Source of the DNA: Hamiltosporidium tvaerminnensis FI-OER-3-3
Taxonomy: Eukaryota > Fungi > Microsporidia
Length of the DNA: 64,000 nucleotides
Reading direction: 5' to 3'
Assembly (NCBI GenBank): GCA_022605425.2
Contig: JAKIMF020000007.1
Location: 372,001-436,000, forward strand
The notes below the pieces were generated by a model that was not told the origin of the DNA, did no database searches, and saw only the letters and a program-made list of their open reading frames with translations. This document shows positions 24,490 to 38,100 of the stretch, piece after piece (within the stretch, counting starts at the first letter, position 1; every line of letters starts with the position of its first letter). The position numbers and the translations under genes are program-made.

Positions 24490-27400
24490 TTATTTAATAA
24501 AATTCTGGGTTAACAAATTTTTCATTTTTCTAAATAATTCTTTCCACCATTTCAACCACTTCTATTTCTTCCTCCAACTCCAACTCTTCATTTGTATTAG
24601 TTGATGGTTCCTTTGCTGTGGTTATACCATCCAAAATAAGGGGTAAAATATTTTTTGTATTTTCCGTTTTAACATCATCTTCCTCGTTGTCTACTTGCTT
24701 TAAAGGGGGTATTGGTTGTTTATGCATCTCAGCTCCTAAAATAACACTTAATGATGCTCTCTCCCAGCTCTCCTCGGCATTTGGTCCAGATTCAAGTCCT
24801 CTTCGTCGATCAAAAGAAATTGTTTCGACTGTCTTCTTGAGTACTATGGATTGTATATATGCCTCTACGTTCATGGGTATTTGCGGTCTCTTAACATACG
24901 TCTTATGGTATTTTGTCACAATACCGTCCCAGGTCATCACATAAGGAATTATCTCTACACTGCATTTATAAATAAGACCTAACTCATTTGCTAATAGGTC
25001 ATACTTCCTAAGCTTCTCTGTTTCAACTATTTGAAGAGAGTCTTGGGATGTGATTCCTACTTCAATGAGGGTTATCCTATTCTGTCTCTTGTCTAAAATA
25101 AATATATCTGGTCTGTTACACCGAATCTTGACATCAGTTTTTATTCTGGTGTCCACTCTTATCTCTGCATATTCTTTATCGAGAATTTCTTGAACTGAGT
25201 GGCTTCTAATTCGTTTAGAAGACTTAAACTTATATTTATTTAGCAAGAGTAAATGTATACATCGTACCACTTCATTGTGTCGTCTAGTATAGTCATGACC
25301 AAGCATTTTTTCACATCTCGTTGCTAAGTGATCAACTGTTTTCCTAGCCTGGTTGCAGTGTTGACACATACCTTCTGCACCCCAGAATACATTTCTATCC
25401 TGGATATAACAGAACACTGCTTCATTGCGTGGTCTTACACTTCCTTTCTTTAACCATCTTGAGGAGTCATTTACACTTACCAGCTCGTTATTTCTAGAAC
25501 TATATAACTTTGAATGTAGTTTTCGGTTTTTGATTTCGTTATATAGGTTAGCATGTTGAGCTTCTTCCAATTTCTTTTTTGTGACTTCCTCTTCAAACCC
25601 GTATTTTATTTTTAAAAAGTTTTTAATTAGTGAAAGGTGGGTTTTATTATTATTCTCAACCTTTAGGATTGCTGCTCTTCTGGTCGATGTATCTTTATGT
25701 TTTTCCAGACAATCCAAGAGTTGCAAAAGCATATGTTCGCTTTTGAACTCGACACTATGTAAACCTCTTCCAAGTTCTCTACGTGGAAGGTATAGGCGTT
25801 CTTTGCATCCTGGGCGTAGATGTATTTTGTTCTTTACTAACACTGCACGCACCGCATCATCTAACTTAGAGAAGTCAGCCGGTTCTAGTCGGAGTACACC
25901 TATATGATAGTTTAGTAAAGAAATTGCATGTTGATTAATGGCTTGAAATAAATTTCTTGCATTTAATCTCGTGCGACAAAGTCTTTCTACTCGTGCTATA
26001 AGTTTAGTCTGTACTTTCTCAAAACGACTTACTTGTTTGAATTCCTCTGCTATCTTCTATAATTCCAAGGTATTTATAAACACATATTTCTTCAAGAAGA
26101 GTAGCAGTATCTTCACAACATGGATCATTAGTGGCTGACTTCTCTTTGTTAATTTCCAATCCTATATTATTCATAAACTTTTTAACCTCCTCCGTCATTT
26201 CTTCCAATGTTTGCCCATCTTCGGCAAGGAGCTTAAGATCATCAATAATCAAGAGATGATTGGTCGCGTGGGATTCTGCATCTGTCTTTATTGTCACTTT
26301 TGTGTATTTCTCATTAAGCTTTCGGCTCAATGAATCCATACACAACACAAACAATAATGGTGACAAACTATCTCCTTGCAGAATACCTCTATCAATCTTC
26401 TTGCTCATGATTTTTTCAGGCCCTATTGATATATCAATTTTCCATTTTGATATAATTACTTTAATAAATTTCAGGATCTAATCCGGTAAATTAAGGTTTT
26501 AAATACATTGAGTCAAATAGGCATGATCTATTGAATCATAAGCTTTTTTGACATCAATCCATGTTGCCTTAAGATGGTTTCCGTACTCCTTATTAATGGC
26601 AACATTCAATAGAGCCTGTTCTTTCGCTCCTTGCACTCCTCTAACCGCTCCCAACTGATTATCTGAAAGTAATCCTCGTCTTTCCACCTCAACCTGAACC
26701 ACTTTAGTAACACATTTTGTAGTCAGTTTATACAGGTTTGACATACAGGTTATTAGCCTGTAATCAGAGCCAGTCTTTGGTGTACCTTTAGGTATCAGAT
26801 AAGTAAGTCCACAATAATACCAATCGGCTTGAGGCGTTCCTTCTAAACACATAACTTTCACAATATCGTAAAGATATTTATGAAGGCTCGTAAGTTTCTT
26901 GATGTAGAAGTTATAAATACCATCAATTCGAGCGGCTTTCCAGTTAGGCAGCCAATTGATAATATCTATAAACTCTTCAAGTGAAGGAAACGTGGTCTGT
27001 TGCGTATCTGACACGAAAGGTATCAAATACTCATAATATGTAACTACTTTATCATTTTTGTTCCACATTGTAGACCAAAATTCTGAAATTTCGTCACTAT
27101 AAACCACATGCTCGGATTCAACGCGCTCAGATAGCCCTCTGTAGAATCGACCTCGGAATAACTCAAACATACGATTCTCTTTTCGGAATTTCCTCCTACT
27201 TTCATACATCGTAATTTTTTTCTCGTACACATTCAAAGCCTCATTCTTCTTAACCAAAGCCTCAGAGAGATCATTTATTTTGCTTAAGTCTAGATTAAAC
27301 TCTCGCATAATTTTTCTGAGACTTTTCGTTTCCGAGGTAGAGAGCTTTTCCATTTTACGAACCTTCTCGAGGAGATCTTTGGAAAGTACTAGCTTAGAAA

Positions 27401-28278
27401 TTTTACTTTCTATGTTTTCCTTCCAAGCGGATCTAGGCTTCTCCTTACGCGTTTCCTCGTCATAGCATACCTGAGCCGCCTGGATGATTCGAGCTGCATC
27501 ACTAACATTCTTAGGCACATGAAATTCAGCATATTCACCTGTGATCCGATTTATGAGTTCCAAAACTTTACTATCAACCAATTCACTTGGAAGTTTTCTA
27601 GTTCGGACCACTACATCTCCGATTTCCTTCTCCGAGAGTTCCTTGATTTTACACAAGAACTTTTCTCTCGGGTTCATATAGAGCGTAGTGTCAGTTAAGG
27701 AACATGGCTCGGCGAGACAAGTGGCGATTCTACGTCGCTCTCCATTCTCTTCTTGCCTTATTTCCCTTTCTGCCTCATTATGTGTTAATTTTTTTAACAC
27801 ATCGATATCAACAGTTCGACCAAATTTCCCATTATAGTACCTAAGAATTGCAGACCAGCCATTTCTAGGCATTCTCTCAAACCTTTTTTGCACTGCTGAA
27901 ATAGCAGATCTAGGCCATTCCTGCTCTACGGCTGTGACAGAGTCAAGTATTGAATGCAATACCATCAGTCGGTTTCCTTCTGGAATGGCAGGTGCATTGA
28001 GGTTTTCCATTGTGTTGGCTGGTCCACACGCAGAAGAATCGGGACAGGAAGAAGGGGGTGCGGAATCGAGCAGGCTGACTGGAGTAACATATAACGTAGT
28101 GCTCGATGGGGAGTTCGTATTATTATGGATGATCGGTTGTGGTGGAAGTGTCTCGGATATAATCACTACATCTCTATCACACGTTTTTGTATCTTTTAAA
28201 CTAATTTCCGAGTTGTTTACAGCCTTTATTTCTTCATTTTTTATATTTTCGCTGTCAACTTTTTTTCTTCTACCCATT
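24490..28278 (-). mobile_element. RLE non-LTR retrotransposon copy C, full length (~3.79 kb), distinct subfamily, few disablements
   Basis: ORFs 26499-28283, 26019-26408 and 24530-25852 give an N-terminal region, RT (YRLITC, QLGA, IDVKKAYDS, GILQGDSLSPLLF, IIDD, YKYLG), CCHC knuckle CQHC..DHLATRC, RHN, and RLE RPD..IEV..EKLRKY. 14-bp TSD AACACGATACTTAT at 24476-24489 and 28279-28292. Confidence 0.97.
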
Positions 28279-29250
28279 AACACGATACTTATATTATATT
28301 ATTTTATTATAGTATAAATAAAATTTTGTGTTCTTGTATAAATTCTTAAATATATGAAATCCTTTACTTTTAAGTTGAAATTTGGTTGAAATACCTAAAT
28401 TTACAAGTTTTAATGTGCGATAAAGATTATAATAGATATTTTTTAATGTAATACAATATGAAGTAAGTTTATAATGAAAATATCTTTAAAAATAATTTTC
28501 TGTGCCATGAATTTTTCGTTATTTAAAATAATATAATGTTGCAGTTTATCAAAAGTATTAGTAATTTAAAATTCTTTAAAATCGTAATTGCTGCACAAAC
28601 AAAATTATTCTTAACAGATATTGAAAGTATAGAAGATAGGTTTTAATTAGAACAAATTATATGTTTTGCAGTTTAAAACTTTAAAAATTGAATTTAATAT
28701 TTCAATTTATATTATTTATAAGTGGTCATTTTTTTTATTGTAAGCTAAAGAAGCACGGTGAAAATATATCTTATTTCGTTCTTACAATGCAATTCTATAT
28801 TTAGAATATATTAATATATCGGACTATAATTATGGGAATTTTTGCCTGGAAATAGTATCTATGGGAGTTATTCAAGAATTCGGAATGTAATAAAAATCAA
28901 TCCTCACACTTTGAGAACTGCTATGCTGAAGGAACAGGTGTTAAAAATCTAAAATAAGAAATACCACACTTCATATTTTAGATGAGAGAACCGAGAATAC
29001 ATATAAATATAGAATCGGATTTTAAAATGAATGATTAGGTCAAAGGGGTAGACGAAATATATTAAAGAGGCGAGAAGTTTTATGATAGAATTTTATTAAA
29101 TAAAAAAGAATTAGAAATTTTAAATTAAAAAATAGACCACTATGTAAGATTTTCGTTCTATTCCCTATAAATTGTTTAATAAATTAAATTAATTTCAATG
29201 ATAAAATTGTATTTGAAAATATTTGTAAAACTAACGAAATAAGGCTTGTA

Positions 29251-30534
29251 ATGAACTTATGTTTTCTTTTATACGTTAGCGAGACAATAAATTCGGCTCT
29301 TAGACCTATTCAAAAGAAAGAGTTGAAAATAGATTTTGTATATGAAATTCTTTGTAAAGAGGCGTATCGGCAATATAAAGAAAAGGTTTTAGGAATGCAT
29401 ATCGTTTTCGAATACAATTTTTTGATTCTTGAAGTGATACCAAATTTTGTTAATGAATGTGATTTAGAAGTTTTCAATTATTTGTATCGAGAAAAACTCG
29501 AAAATACATTTTTATATCTAACAACTTTGATCAAAGAAAAGGTAACAGCCTTTAAAATCATAATTGAGCTAATTTTTGAAATAAGAGACTTCGAAATTGT
29601 TATATTTAATACAAGAAAAAATTGTAAAATTCATATAGATTCGATATTATATTTCTTTAGAAAACGCAGTAACTTTGGAATCTTAGGTAGATTCAAGCGG
29701 CAAAAATATGTTTCCGAACTCATTAGTAGACTTTTAAACCATTTAAGGTGCACTTTAAACCTGATATCTAGATCCCCTGATATTATTATAGTTAAAATGA
29801 TATCCGAAAGCCAGTATTGTACTAACCCTACTCTACAGAACTTTTTGTTAAGTCTGATAGTCCATTTTAATCTACAAATTTCATGCTATCATAGCATTTT
29901 GATTACAAAAAAAGGTAAGAAGGAAATATCGTGTAAGAAAAATTTGGCAAATGTATTAAAAAATGCTTTCACATCTTTGTTTTATGTAAAATACTCGTAT
30001 TACAAGTTAGAAAAGGAAGAATATGGCTCAATTCTCGAGAGATTTGAATCTATTTCTAATCACTCACTAAGGATCGGAGCTCTAAATATTACATCGGTTG
30101 GTACAAATATAAGTTCGAATAAATATGATATAAATGTTTCAGCTTTACGAAGTTGGATTGATAAGGAACCTCGGAACAATATAATCAGACATTCATGTAT
30201 TTTTAGATCCCTGGATTTGAACATTTCTATCGTTTTAATAAAACCTGAGAAAATAAAAAAATGCAAGAAAGGACCAGAATTTAATGATTTTCAACTTAAA
30301 CTCGTGATAAAATCATCCTCGAATCAAAATGTTACATTTGACATCGATTATAACAGAAAAAACAATTCGGTCTCTGGAATAGCCTGTATTGAGGATTGTG
30401 AGAACTTTTTAATTGATGCTCCCGTTGGAGAAAAGTTGAATTTTATTATTAGATATCTCAATTCAAAGCTAGACGCTCATTTCCAAACAAATAATTATCG
30501 ATTATTTCAAACAGAAATATTATTTCAAAATTAA
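29251..30534 (+). CDS. 427-aa hypothetical protein, possible short signal peptide
   Basis: Intact 1.28-kb ORF in very AT-rich DNA, N-terminus MNLCFLLYVSETINS, AATAAA ~40 nt after the stop. No domain recognised. Confidence 0.75.
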   Translation: MNLCFLLYVSETINSALRPIQKKELKIDFVYEILCKEAYRQYKEKVLGMHIVFEYNFLILEVIPNFVNECDLEVFNYLYREKLENTFLYLTTLIKEKVTAFKIIIELIFEIRDFEIVIFNTRKNCKIHIDSILYFFRKRSNFGILGRFKRQKYVSELISRLLNHLRCTLNLISRSPDIIIVKMISESQYCTNPTLQNFLLSLIVHFNLQISCYHSILITKKGKKEISCKKNLANVLKNAFTSLFYVKYSYYKLEKEEYGSILERFESISNHSLRIGALNITSVGTNISSNKYDINVSALRSWIDKEPRNNIIRHSCIFRSLDLNISIVLIKPEKIKKCKKGPEFNDFQLKLVIKSSSNQNVTFDIDYNRKNNSVSGIACIEDCENFLIDAPVGEKLNFIIRYLNSKLDAHFQTNNYRLFQTEILFQN

Positions 30535-31899
30535 TATAAATTTGGCAAGTTTTTTATTATAGATATAAATTAAATAAAAAAACCTAAATGCTAATAATAT
30601 AAATTATAAAGCCGTCTTTACCTTTATAAATTAACATAATCATTATTAATTTCTTATCCAATGGCCTAAAAGTGCAGAGACTTTGCCTTGGATCATTCAA
30701 GGTAATTGTTGTTAGTCGCTTTATTATCGCTTTGATTGAGTTCTTGCATCAAGTGAAAGAAACTACAATGCGATAATAGCCATGAAAATCTTAAGATAAA
30801 CTTCATAGCCCAAACCAAGGGGCTTTGGTTGATCCATTTTAATCTCGTAAAATATCAGATAGAAAGTAAAAAATAAAAAATACACATTCAATTTGTTTTT
30901 ATTACATCGAATAGGTGCTAGAACACGAGAAAAATTTAGTTTAGGTACAGGAATTAAGGCGTATTTTTGATTTAATAGTATTATAAACCTATATTTCTAT
31001 TAAATATATTTTTTTTTGCACAATTTCCGAATAATTTTTAGAGAAAAAACCTTGCTAATAATATTTAATTTTAAATGATAATCTTATAAGACTATGGTGT
31101 TATCTTAAACATATTTCCAATGTGGTAAATTAGAATTAGGTGGAAATAGAAAACTAAAAAGCAATAAAAGTCATAAGCAATATAGTCTTTTTTGAGTGTT
31201 GGGGAATTTTGTTATGTATATTTCTATTATAAAATACCATTGACTTTAATAGTAATTTGTATATTATGTCGTGCATCGCACTTTGATTCTTATATACCCG
31301 TTTTGTTTTTTAAAAATCACTAATATAATATAAATTAATTTATAATTCAAAGCAAGTCGGATTCCGGTCTTGTTACTACATCCTTATCGCCAGAAAATCA
31401 ATGATCTATTATGAATAATTTAAAATTCTTTACTTCATTTTCGATCTATCATGTAGTAATGTTTGTTGAATTATATAACTTAAATTTGTCATTTTTCATA
31501 AATTAACGATTTATTTCGACTTGTTTATGCGATTGAGTCTAATTTTTCTAATTATGTGCGAATTAACCTTTAAATCCAAGTCTTTCAATATCCTTTTTAG
31601 TCAATAAAATCCTAGATCAAGAAACTTTTCACTTTTTTTATAGATTTTCCGGTGCTCCTTAGACAACAAGAATTTTCTCTCTAAAAACCTCAACATTCGT
31701 TTATATTTATTGTCAGTCTCTCTGTCGAGGTTTCACCAACCTATTCAAAGAGTGTGCTATTTGTTTTTCGGTTCTTTTAACTATTTTCATCTGCCGGTTT
31801 GCGATAAAACAAATACTAATTCAATCGTGCCTTTAAGCTCTTTTAATAAATTTTATTTGCGGTATGCCTGCTCTTAATGGCATATGGTTCTGATTTAGA

Positions 31900-34400
31900 C
31901 GTATCATTCGAAAATGAGAAAATATTAGACCGATTTTGTAGTATACCCGGTTGAATCAATGCTCTGTTTTATCTGTATTTGTTTTCAAGGAGATTGTTCT
32001 ATAATATTTTGTCACAACCCTTCCAGGCATTCCTAGAAATATTTCTACAACCCAACACTTATACATAATATAAAATATTTAGAAAACAGATAATTTTTTT
32101 TTGTTTATCTATTTCATATAAATAAAGCATATTCGAGTAGGAAATATTCAAACAAATGTGTTGCAAATTTTTTTAGATCGTTCATTTCTTAGCATACAGC
32201 GACATAATTCACAAATAAATCAATGCTGCGCCAGGTTTTAGGCGTTCCTTTGGCATTTTTCTTTTGACGAATTAGGTTGCCAGTACAACGCAAACTTTTC
32301 CTGTACGAAAGTAACAGATGCCCCAACCGGGGATCTAACTGTTTTTATGTTTTTACTATTATTTAAAATAAATATATCAAGTTTATTATTTTGAATATTG
32401 GCATGAAAAAGTTCTAATGTTGAATAATGTTTCGCATACTGGCTTTCAAGATTTTTTGGAATGAGAAGCACTCAATTCCTTTAGAGACCTAGAATCATAG
32501 ACATTTGAAGTAAGGAATGTATATATTTTAGCACTTCATTGTATCTAGTAGAGTTGTGTCGATTTTTTTTAAAATTTGTCGACTAAAACAGTAAGTTTTG
32601 CTTTGTACTGATTACACTATAGGTACTTTTCTTCTGCTCTTCAAAATATTTCTAACTTAGATATAGAAAAACTTGCCTTATTACGTGAAGTAATACAGAT
32701 TTATACTGACCCCTTTAAAGTGTAAAGTACTATCATAAGTCTATTTATCTTGCCCTATATAAATTTAAACGAAGTTCTTGCCTTTATACTCTGTTTTATG
32801 ATTTTTCGAATTGAGCCACTCCTAACTTGTTTTTGTAGACTTTTTATTCCAAATTTATGTCGTACGTTCAAGAAGCTTTTGACATTCCAGTAAAGGCATA
32901 AATTTATTCTCTGTCTTTAAGAGCTCTTCTTCAGGTTGGCATTTCTTCATAATTTTCTGCATGTCAAGTGCTTCATACGCATACTTTCAGCTCGCAACCT
33001 ACTCTTTTAGGTTCCATTTCGTGCATTGTTCTATCCCATTGCCATAATTTATATCCCAGGTGCTAGGTTAAGTGATTTTTAGCAATCTCGCCAACGACCA
33101 GCATCTTACCCGGAGACTCTGCTGGTTCAAGTCGAGGTACTCTTATGTAATGATAAAAAAAATAATCGCAAAAATATTTTATTTTTGAATTTTATGCGAA
33201 AAGTCTTTAAATTTCGCTCTGAGTTTTCTTTGTACGCTTTAGTATGAACTACGTATCGGTTTGGATTGTATATATTCTATTATTTTTATATAAATATAAA
33301 CACAAAAGATTTTGATAAAATCATTAGATCTGCAATACGTATCATTGGTGACGGTCTTCTCTTAGTTCATCTCTAATTTGTAACTTTTCGGAATTATTCG
33401 GCACCTTCAGATACAGAGTCTTGACTTTAACTGCTAAAGCAGAAAGCTTAAAATCTTAATTAATAAGCAGTGATTCAAACGTGCAAATTCTTCTATATTA
33501 TTAAAATTTTGTGTTTGTTCATTTGGCTTTAAGGATCACGGAATCTATAACACAAAAAAATAAAAAATGAAAATGTACTCTTTCATTAAAGTTCTTTCTA
33601 ATTTTCTTTTGTGTCTTTTTTTGCTCTCTATTGATGCATCAAGTTGTCTTGTTTATGTTTTAAATGCGCAAATCTTAATATCAAACCAGGCAAATTGTGA
33701 TATTTCATATATTGTAAAGACTACGCATGATCGAAAACCACAGATATACCTCTGATGTAGTATAAACGCTTTGTTGATGTTTCCATAACCTGTTTTAAAC
33801 TCAAAATAAAATGAAGTTTGCTATTTCGCTGACTGCTCGAAGATATTACCGACGAATTTTTTTTTACTTTTAACCTGAATGCACGGGCTAATGTATTTAT
33901 TCGTAAGATTTCAAAATGCAAATATCAGATAATTAATGCTTTTTAGAATTATTTCCGTATTTAACTCTATGCACAGATATAAAAGCCTTCGATTAAATAA
34001 ATCGACTAGGGGGTCAATTCTAAACATCTTATCTCCATATAATACCAAAATTGGTAAAATATAAGTTTTTTGCATAAAAGAATTGAACTCTATCAATGCA
34101 GTAGTTTTTCTGAATAAAGCCAATTAAAAAAACCCATCAATTTATGGAGCAAATGACAACGTGTTGTATAGTATCTGGCCTGGATTCATAAAAAAAATCA
34201 TTGTACATGTCTATCATCAGATTTGTTTCGAAAACCATACCAAAAGCTCGGGATAATATCAGGACTATCGATATGCGCTCAAATCAAAAACTCTCGGATC
34301 TATAAAGCTAATATCTAACTTAAAGGACAAAAATACGATTTTTTTTCAAATTCCTTCTTATATTAACATCTTAAGTTTTTTTCATTAAATTTTCCATGAA
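31900..34400 (-). mobile_element. Ancient relic (copy F) of the same or a sister RLE non-LTR family
   Basis: Colinear eroded matches to copy C: ATTTTGTCACAA..CCAGG (~32006, WDGIVTKY), IQNNKLDIFIL (ORF 32238-32471, cf. NNRPDIFIL), GCTGGTTCAAGTCGAGGTAC (33121, GVLRLEPA), TCATTGGTGAC..TTCTCTT (~33342, KEKSATND), AAGCTTAAAATC (~33444, DDLKL), GCATGATC (~33725, DHA), CCATCAAT (~34134, IDG). Boundaries approximate. Confidence 0.72.
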
Positions 34401-35614
34401 TCATTATTTTAAATGTTTGCATAAGAAATATTATATTCAATACGAGGGGAACTTAAACCCTCGCATGAGAGTCTTGAGGTTTTTATTTTTTTCTGTTCTG
34501 TGTTTTCTACGTCTAGTTTTTCTTGTGAATATATTTAAAAACTCCGAAACTCGACATTTTACTTTCGAGATCTTTCTTACAAGCCGTGAGTTGTTTTCGC
34601 GTGTAAGTCGCCATAAAATGGAACATGGAGAATAGGCATGTGGTTTTTTTACATATCGTCAGAAGTTTACTATCAACCAATTTAAATCGTGCTTACAGAA
34701 TTGAACATTTCTTTCCTGATCTCTATAAGTAAGTTTTTCGTTTTGCAGAAATAATTTTCGCCTCAATTAAAATGTGATAAAGTTTAGTTAAGGGGACTGG
34801 GGTTTTGTGAAAATTGCGAGGCTTATTTTATCTTTTTTGAGCTGTTGGTTTCGCGTTTTCTTCTTTATTTTTTGAAATTTTTAAGAACACTACTTTATCA
34901 GGAGTGCAAAAAAATCTTTGTAATAGTACATAACCGAGGCAAAAGGTTACTTCTGACTTTTTGATTGTCCATATTATATGTTTATTTTTGAATAACAAGA
35001 ACACACTATGCTCCTTGACGGTGTAAAATCTAGCATCCAATATAATGCTAATACTAAATTTTCTTCTAAGAAGTAGGAATATAAAGTTTTTCATGCTATA
35101 AAGCAATATAAACACAGATATATTTGGCACGGGAAAAAAACTTTTCATTGAAGCAAGCAGTACATGAAATTTAGCAATTATCACCAGGTTCAAAAACAGT
35201 AAGGTTTAAAAATTCTCCCTGGCATAAGATCTCTTTGATATTATTGCAACAATCAAACCGCAAATTTTCATATCTTTTAGATCAATTTTCACGTTTTTTG
35301 CGTTCTTCACTTGTCTTCATGTAAATTTTAGCTATCATCTTTTTTTGTTAATACTTCTTTTTCTTCTGAATAGATTAATATTTATCTAAAAATGGGAATT
35401 ATATTACGAAGATTCATTCACTTTTCGTGCTGGTTTCTAAAAGCAATCTACTGCAAAAAACGAACGATTATAATACGCCGTTACTTTGATTGTCTAAACT
35501 TATAACAAAAATAGAACAATCTAAAAACTGTGAATATATCAAGAAATTGAGATTTATGTATGCTTTTTTTAGTTAATTTCTTTTCATTTTTTTAACCTTT
35601 TCTCAGAGACATGA

Positions 35615-38100
35615 TTGCGTGATCTTTCTCAGAAAATATTTACAAATTTAGAAGAAAAAAAGATCTCTTCACATAAAGATGTTAGAATTATTTATAGAAC
35701 CGCATCTGCTGATAAAAGTAGACAATATATGTCTCCAAAAAGAAGATTTGATGACGTAAGAATATCTATACGAGGGCTATTGTACTCCATGGGTAATTTT
35801 AGAGCACAGCAAGAATACTAAAGATATGTTGTTAAAGAAGTGTGAGCTCTTTGAGAGTGCAGAGTTGAAAGGTTTTTCTTTTGAAATATATATACGGAAC
35901 AGGATGCTTGCAGATTTCTTGATGGAACTATTTGTGTTCTTACTTTTGCCTTTAATATCAAAAATGAATCATAGGAACCAAAAACAAACAATGTGTTTTA
36001 AATACGGAAATAATTGTCAAGTTTTATTTTTTTTAAATCTAAGTGCACTACATGTTTTCAGAAAGATTATTAAAGTTCTATATAATGAATATATTTGAAT
36101 AAAAAATATTCTATTGTAGTCTATACTTAAGCTGATAATTGATTTTTCAAAGGGTTTTAAGCTTTGGCTTTAGTTCATAAAAAAATTCAATTTGCATGAG
36201 CAATCTCTGAAGATATAAATTTGGTAAATTTTCATAAGTCATCGTAGAATATTATAAATTTCTTGCGTCTCATAGCTAAAGAAATTTGAATAATCATTTT
36301 AGTATTATAAATGCAAAAATTTAAGATAATAGAGCATGCATTATATCAATCTCTGAATGAAAAAAAAATTCTCTTTTTGAAAAAATTAAATAAGTTAGCA
36401 ATTAAAAAATTTAGAAAAAAAATCTTTAAGGAAACAAATAATTTTGTTCATTGTATTCCCAATTTAAGAAAAATTGATAAAAATTTCTTAAAAAAATTCA
36501 AAATTCCTAAATTAGGTAATAAAATGATTAATTATGTTTGCTAATAATTTCTGATTTAAAAAGGTAAATTACAAAATTATTTAATGAATGGAACTTAGCA
36601 CAAAATTATTGAATATTAGGGCATAATAAATATCCGCTGGTATTTCTAGTATTATTAGTGCGAACTAGATTGGCTGCTTTAGATGTTGAAGATGGGTTTC
36701 TCAATCAATTTTTTAAAGGTATTCTTACAATTATAATAATGAAAAGGAAAGTATTATTTCAAAGGAATTTTGTGTAAAAAAAAATTTCTTTTCTTGTTTT
36801 TAAACAAGTAAATGCAATTTTTGGCTACCAATTTTGAGTTCTTACGATAATAATTTAAAGTATTGGTGCGAAGAAATCATTTCTTTTTATAGAATATCTA
36901 AGCAGAAATCTACAAGCATGTTTTTAAATAATTTTCTTAAAGTTTTAGTAAACAATAATATTTAAGTATTTCCTTGTTTGGTGGGTTTTGAAAAAATCAA
37001 CGAATATGATTCCAAATTTCATATGGTAAGATTTCGGCACTATAAATATCCGCACCATGGAAAAAAGAAGATTTTTGATTTTTTGAGGGAATATATTGAA
37101 AGACTTGGTGAGTTGATTTCAAAATTGGAGTGTGGTATTTATTTATAAGACATAAATTTGCTTAAATAAATTAGATCTGAATTTGAAATCGAAGGTTTTG
37201 AAAGAAATGAATCGATTTCAATTATAGAAGTCGAAAATGAGTTAAAAAGAAAAGGTTATTATCCTGCTGAGTTCAAATTAGCCCTCATCTCCAAGTCACA
37301 AGTAAAAGACATGCAAGATCAGAAAATAAATATGTTTAGACCGGTATCTAGTATTTCAGTAGCATCACTGCAAGAATTTTTTCATAAATTTTTAGATATG
37401 TATGTTTCATGTATAAATCCTCGTTATTTGGAGAATATAAGGATATTTATGAACTAATAAAGAAAAATTTATCAAAGATTGGAGATACTTATTTACAGAT
37501 AAATAATTTATGAATCATATTTCACTTTCAGAAACTTTAAATTATATTTTTATGGATATGATTAAGATTGTGGGGCAGCTTTTTGCTAAAAAATCAAACG
37601 GAAATACAATTCTTTTTGAAAAATCCCGAAAAAGTTATTAAAAAATATACTCGCATAATTTTAGCACTGCGTATATTAATATATCAGATGAGAACGCAGC
37701 ATGCGTGAATTCGTTTGGCATAATCTAGAAATTTGAATCTTTTATTTCTCAGTTACTTGAAACTATTCCCAAAACATTTTTTATGATGATTGAAAATATT
37801 TTATAAGATACCAACAGAGAATTATTGAAAATAATTCAGACAAGAAAGATGAGGGAAAAAATGCCTCCGCTATAAAGCATTTGCGAAGAATTTTTGTGAT
37901 GAACTTGTAAATAACAAAATTTTATTCTGGATTTTCTTTGTAAAAGCGTAGAAGGTTTGATCTCTCTTACCAAACAAAATGATTCCGAATTTTTGAAAGA
38001 ATTTAGAAATAATCTTGAAATCATTTTATCTTCAAACTGGTCTTTTTATCAAAATGTTATAAAAAAATCCGGAGATTATGAATATTTTTCTCTTTAAGAT
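35615..38100 (+). pseudogene. Fragmented coding-like region, probable pseudogene of an unknown large protein
   Basis: Run of short same-strand ORFs (35615, 35826, 36311) plus further coding-like stretches (e.g. ELKRKGYYPAEFKLALISKSQVKDMQDQKINMFRPVSSISVASLQEFFHKFLDMY at ~37240-37400), broken by stops and frameshifts. Confidence 0.4.
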
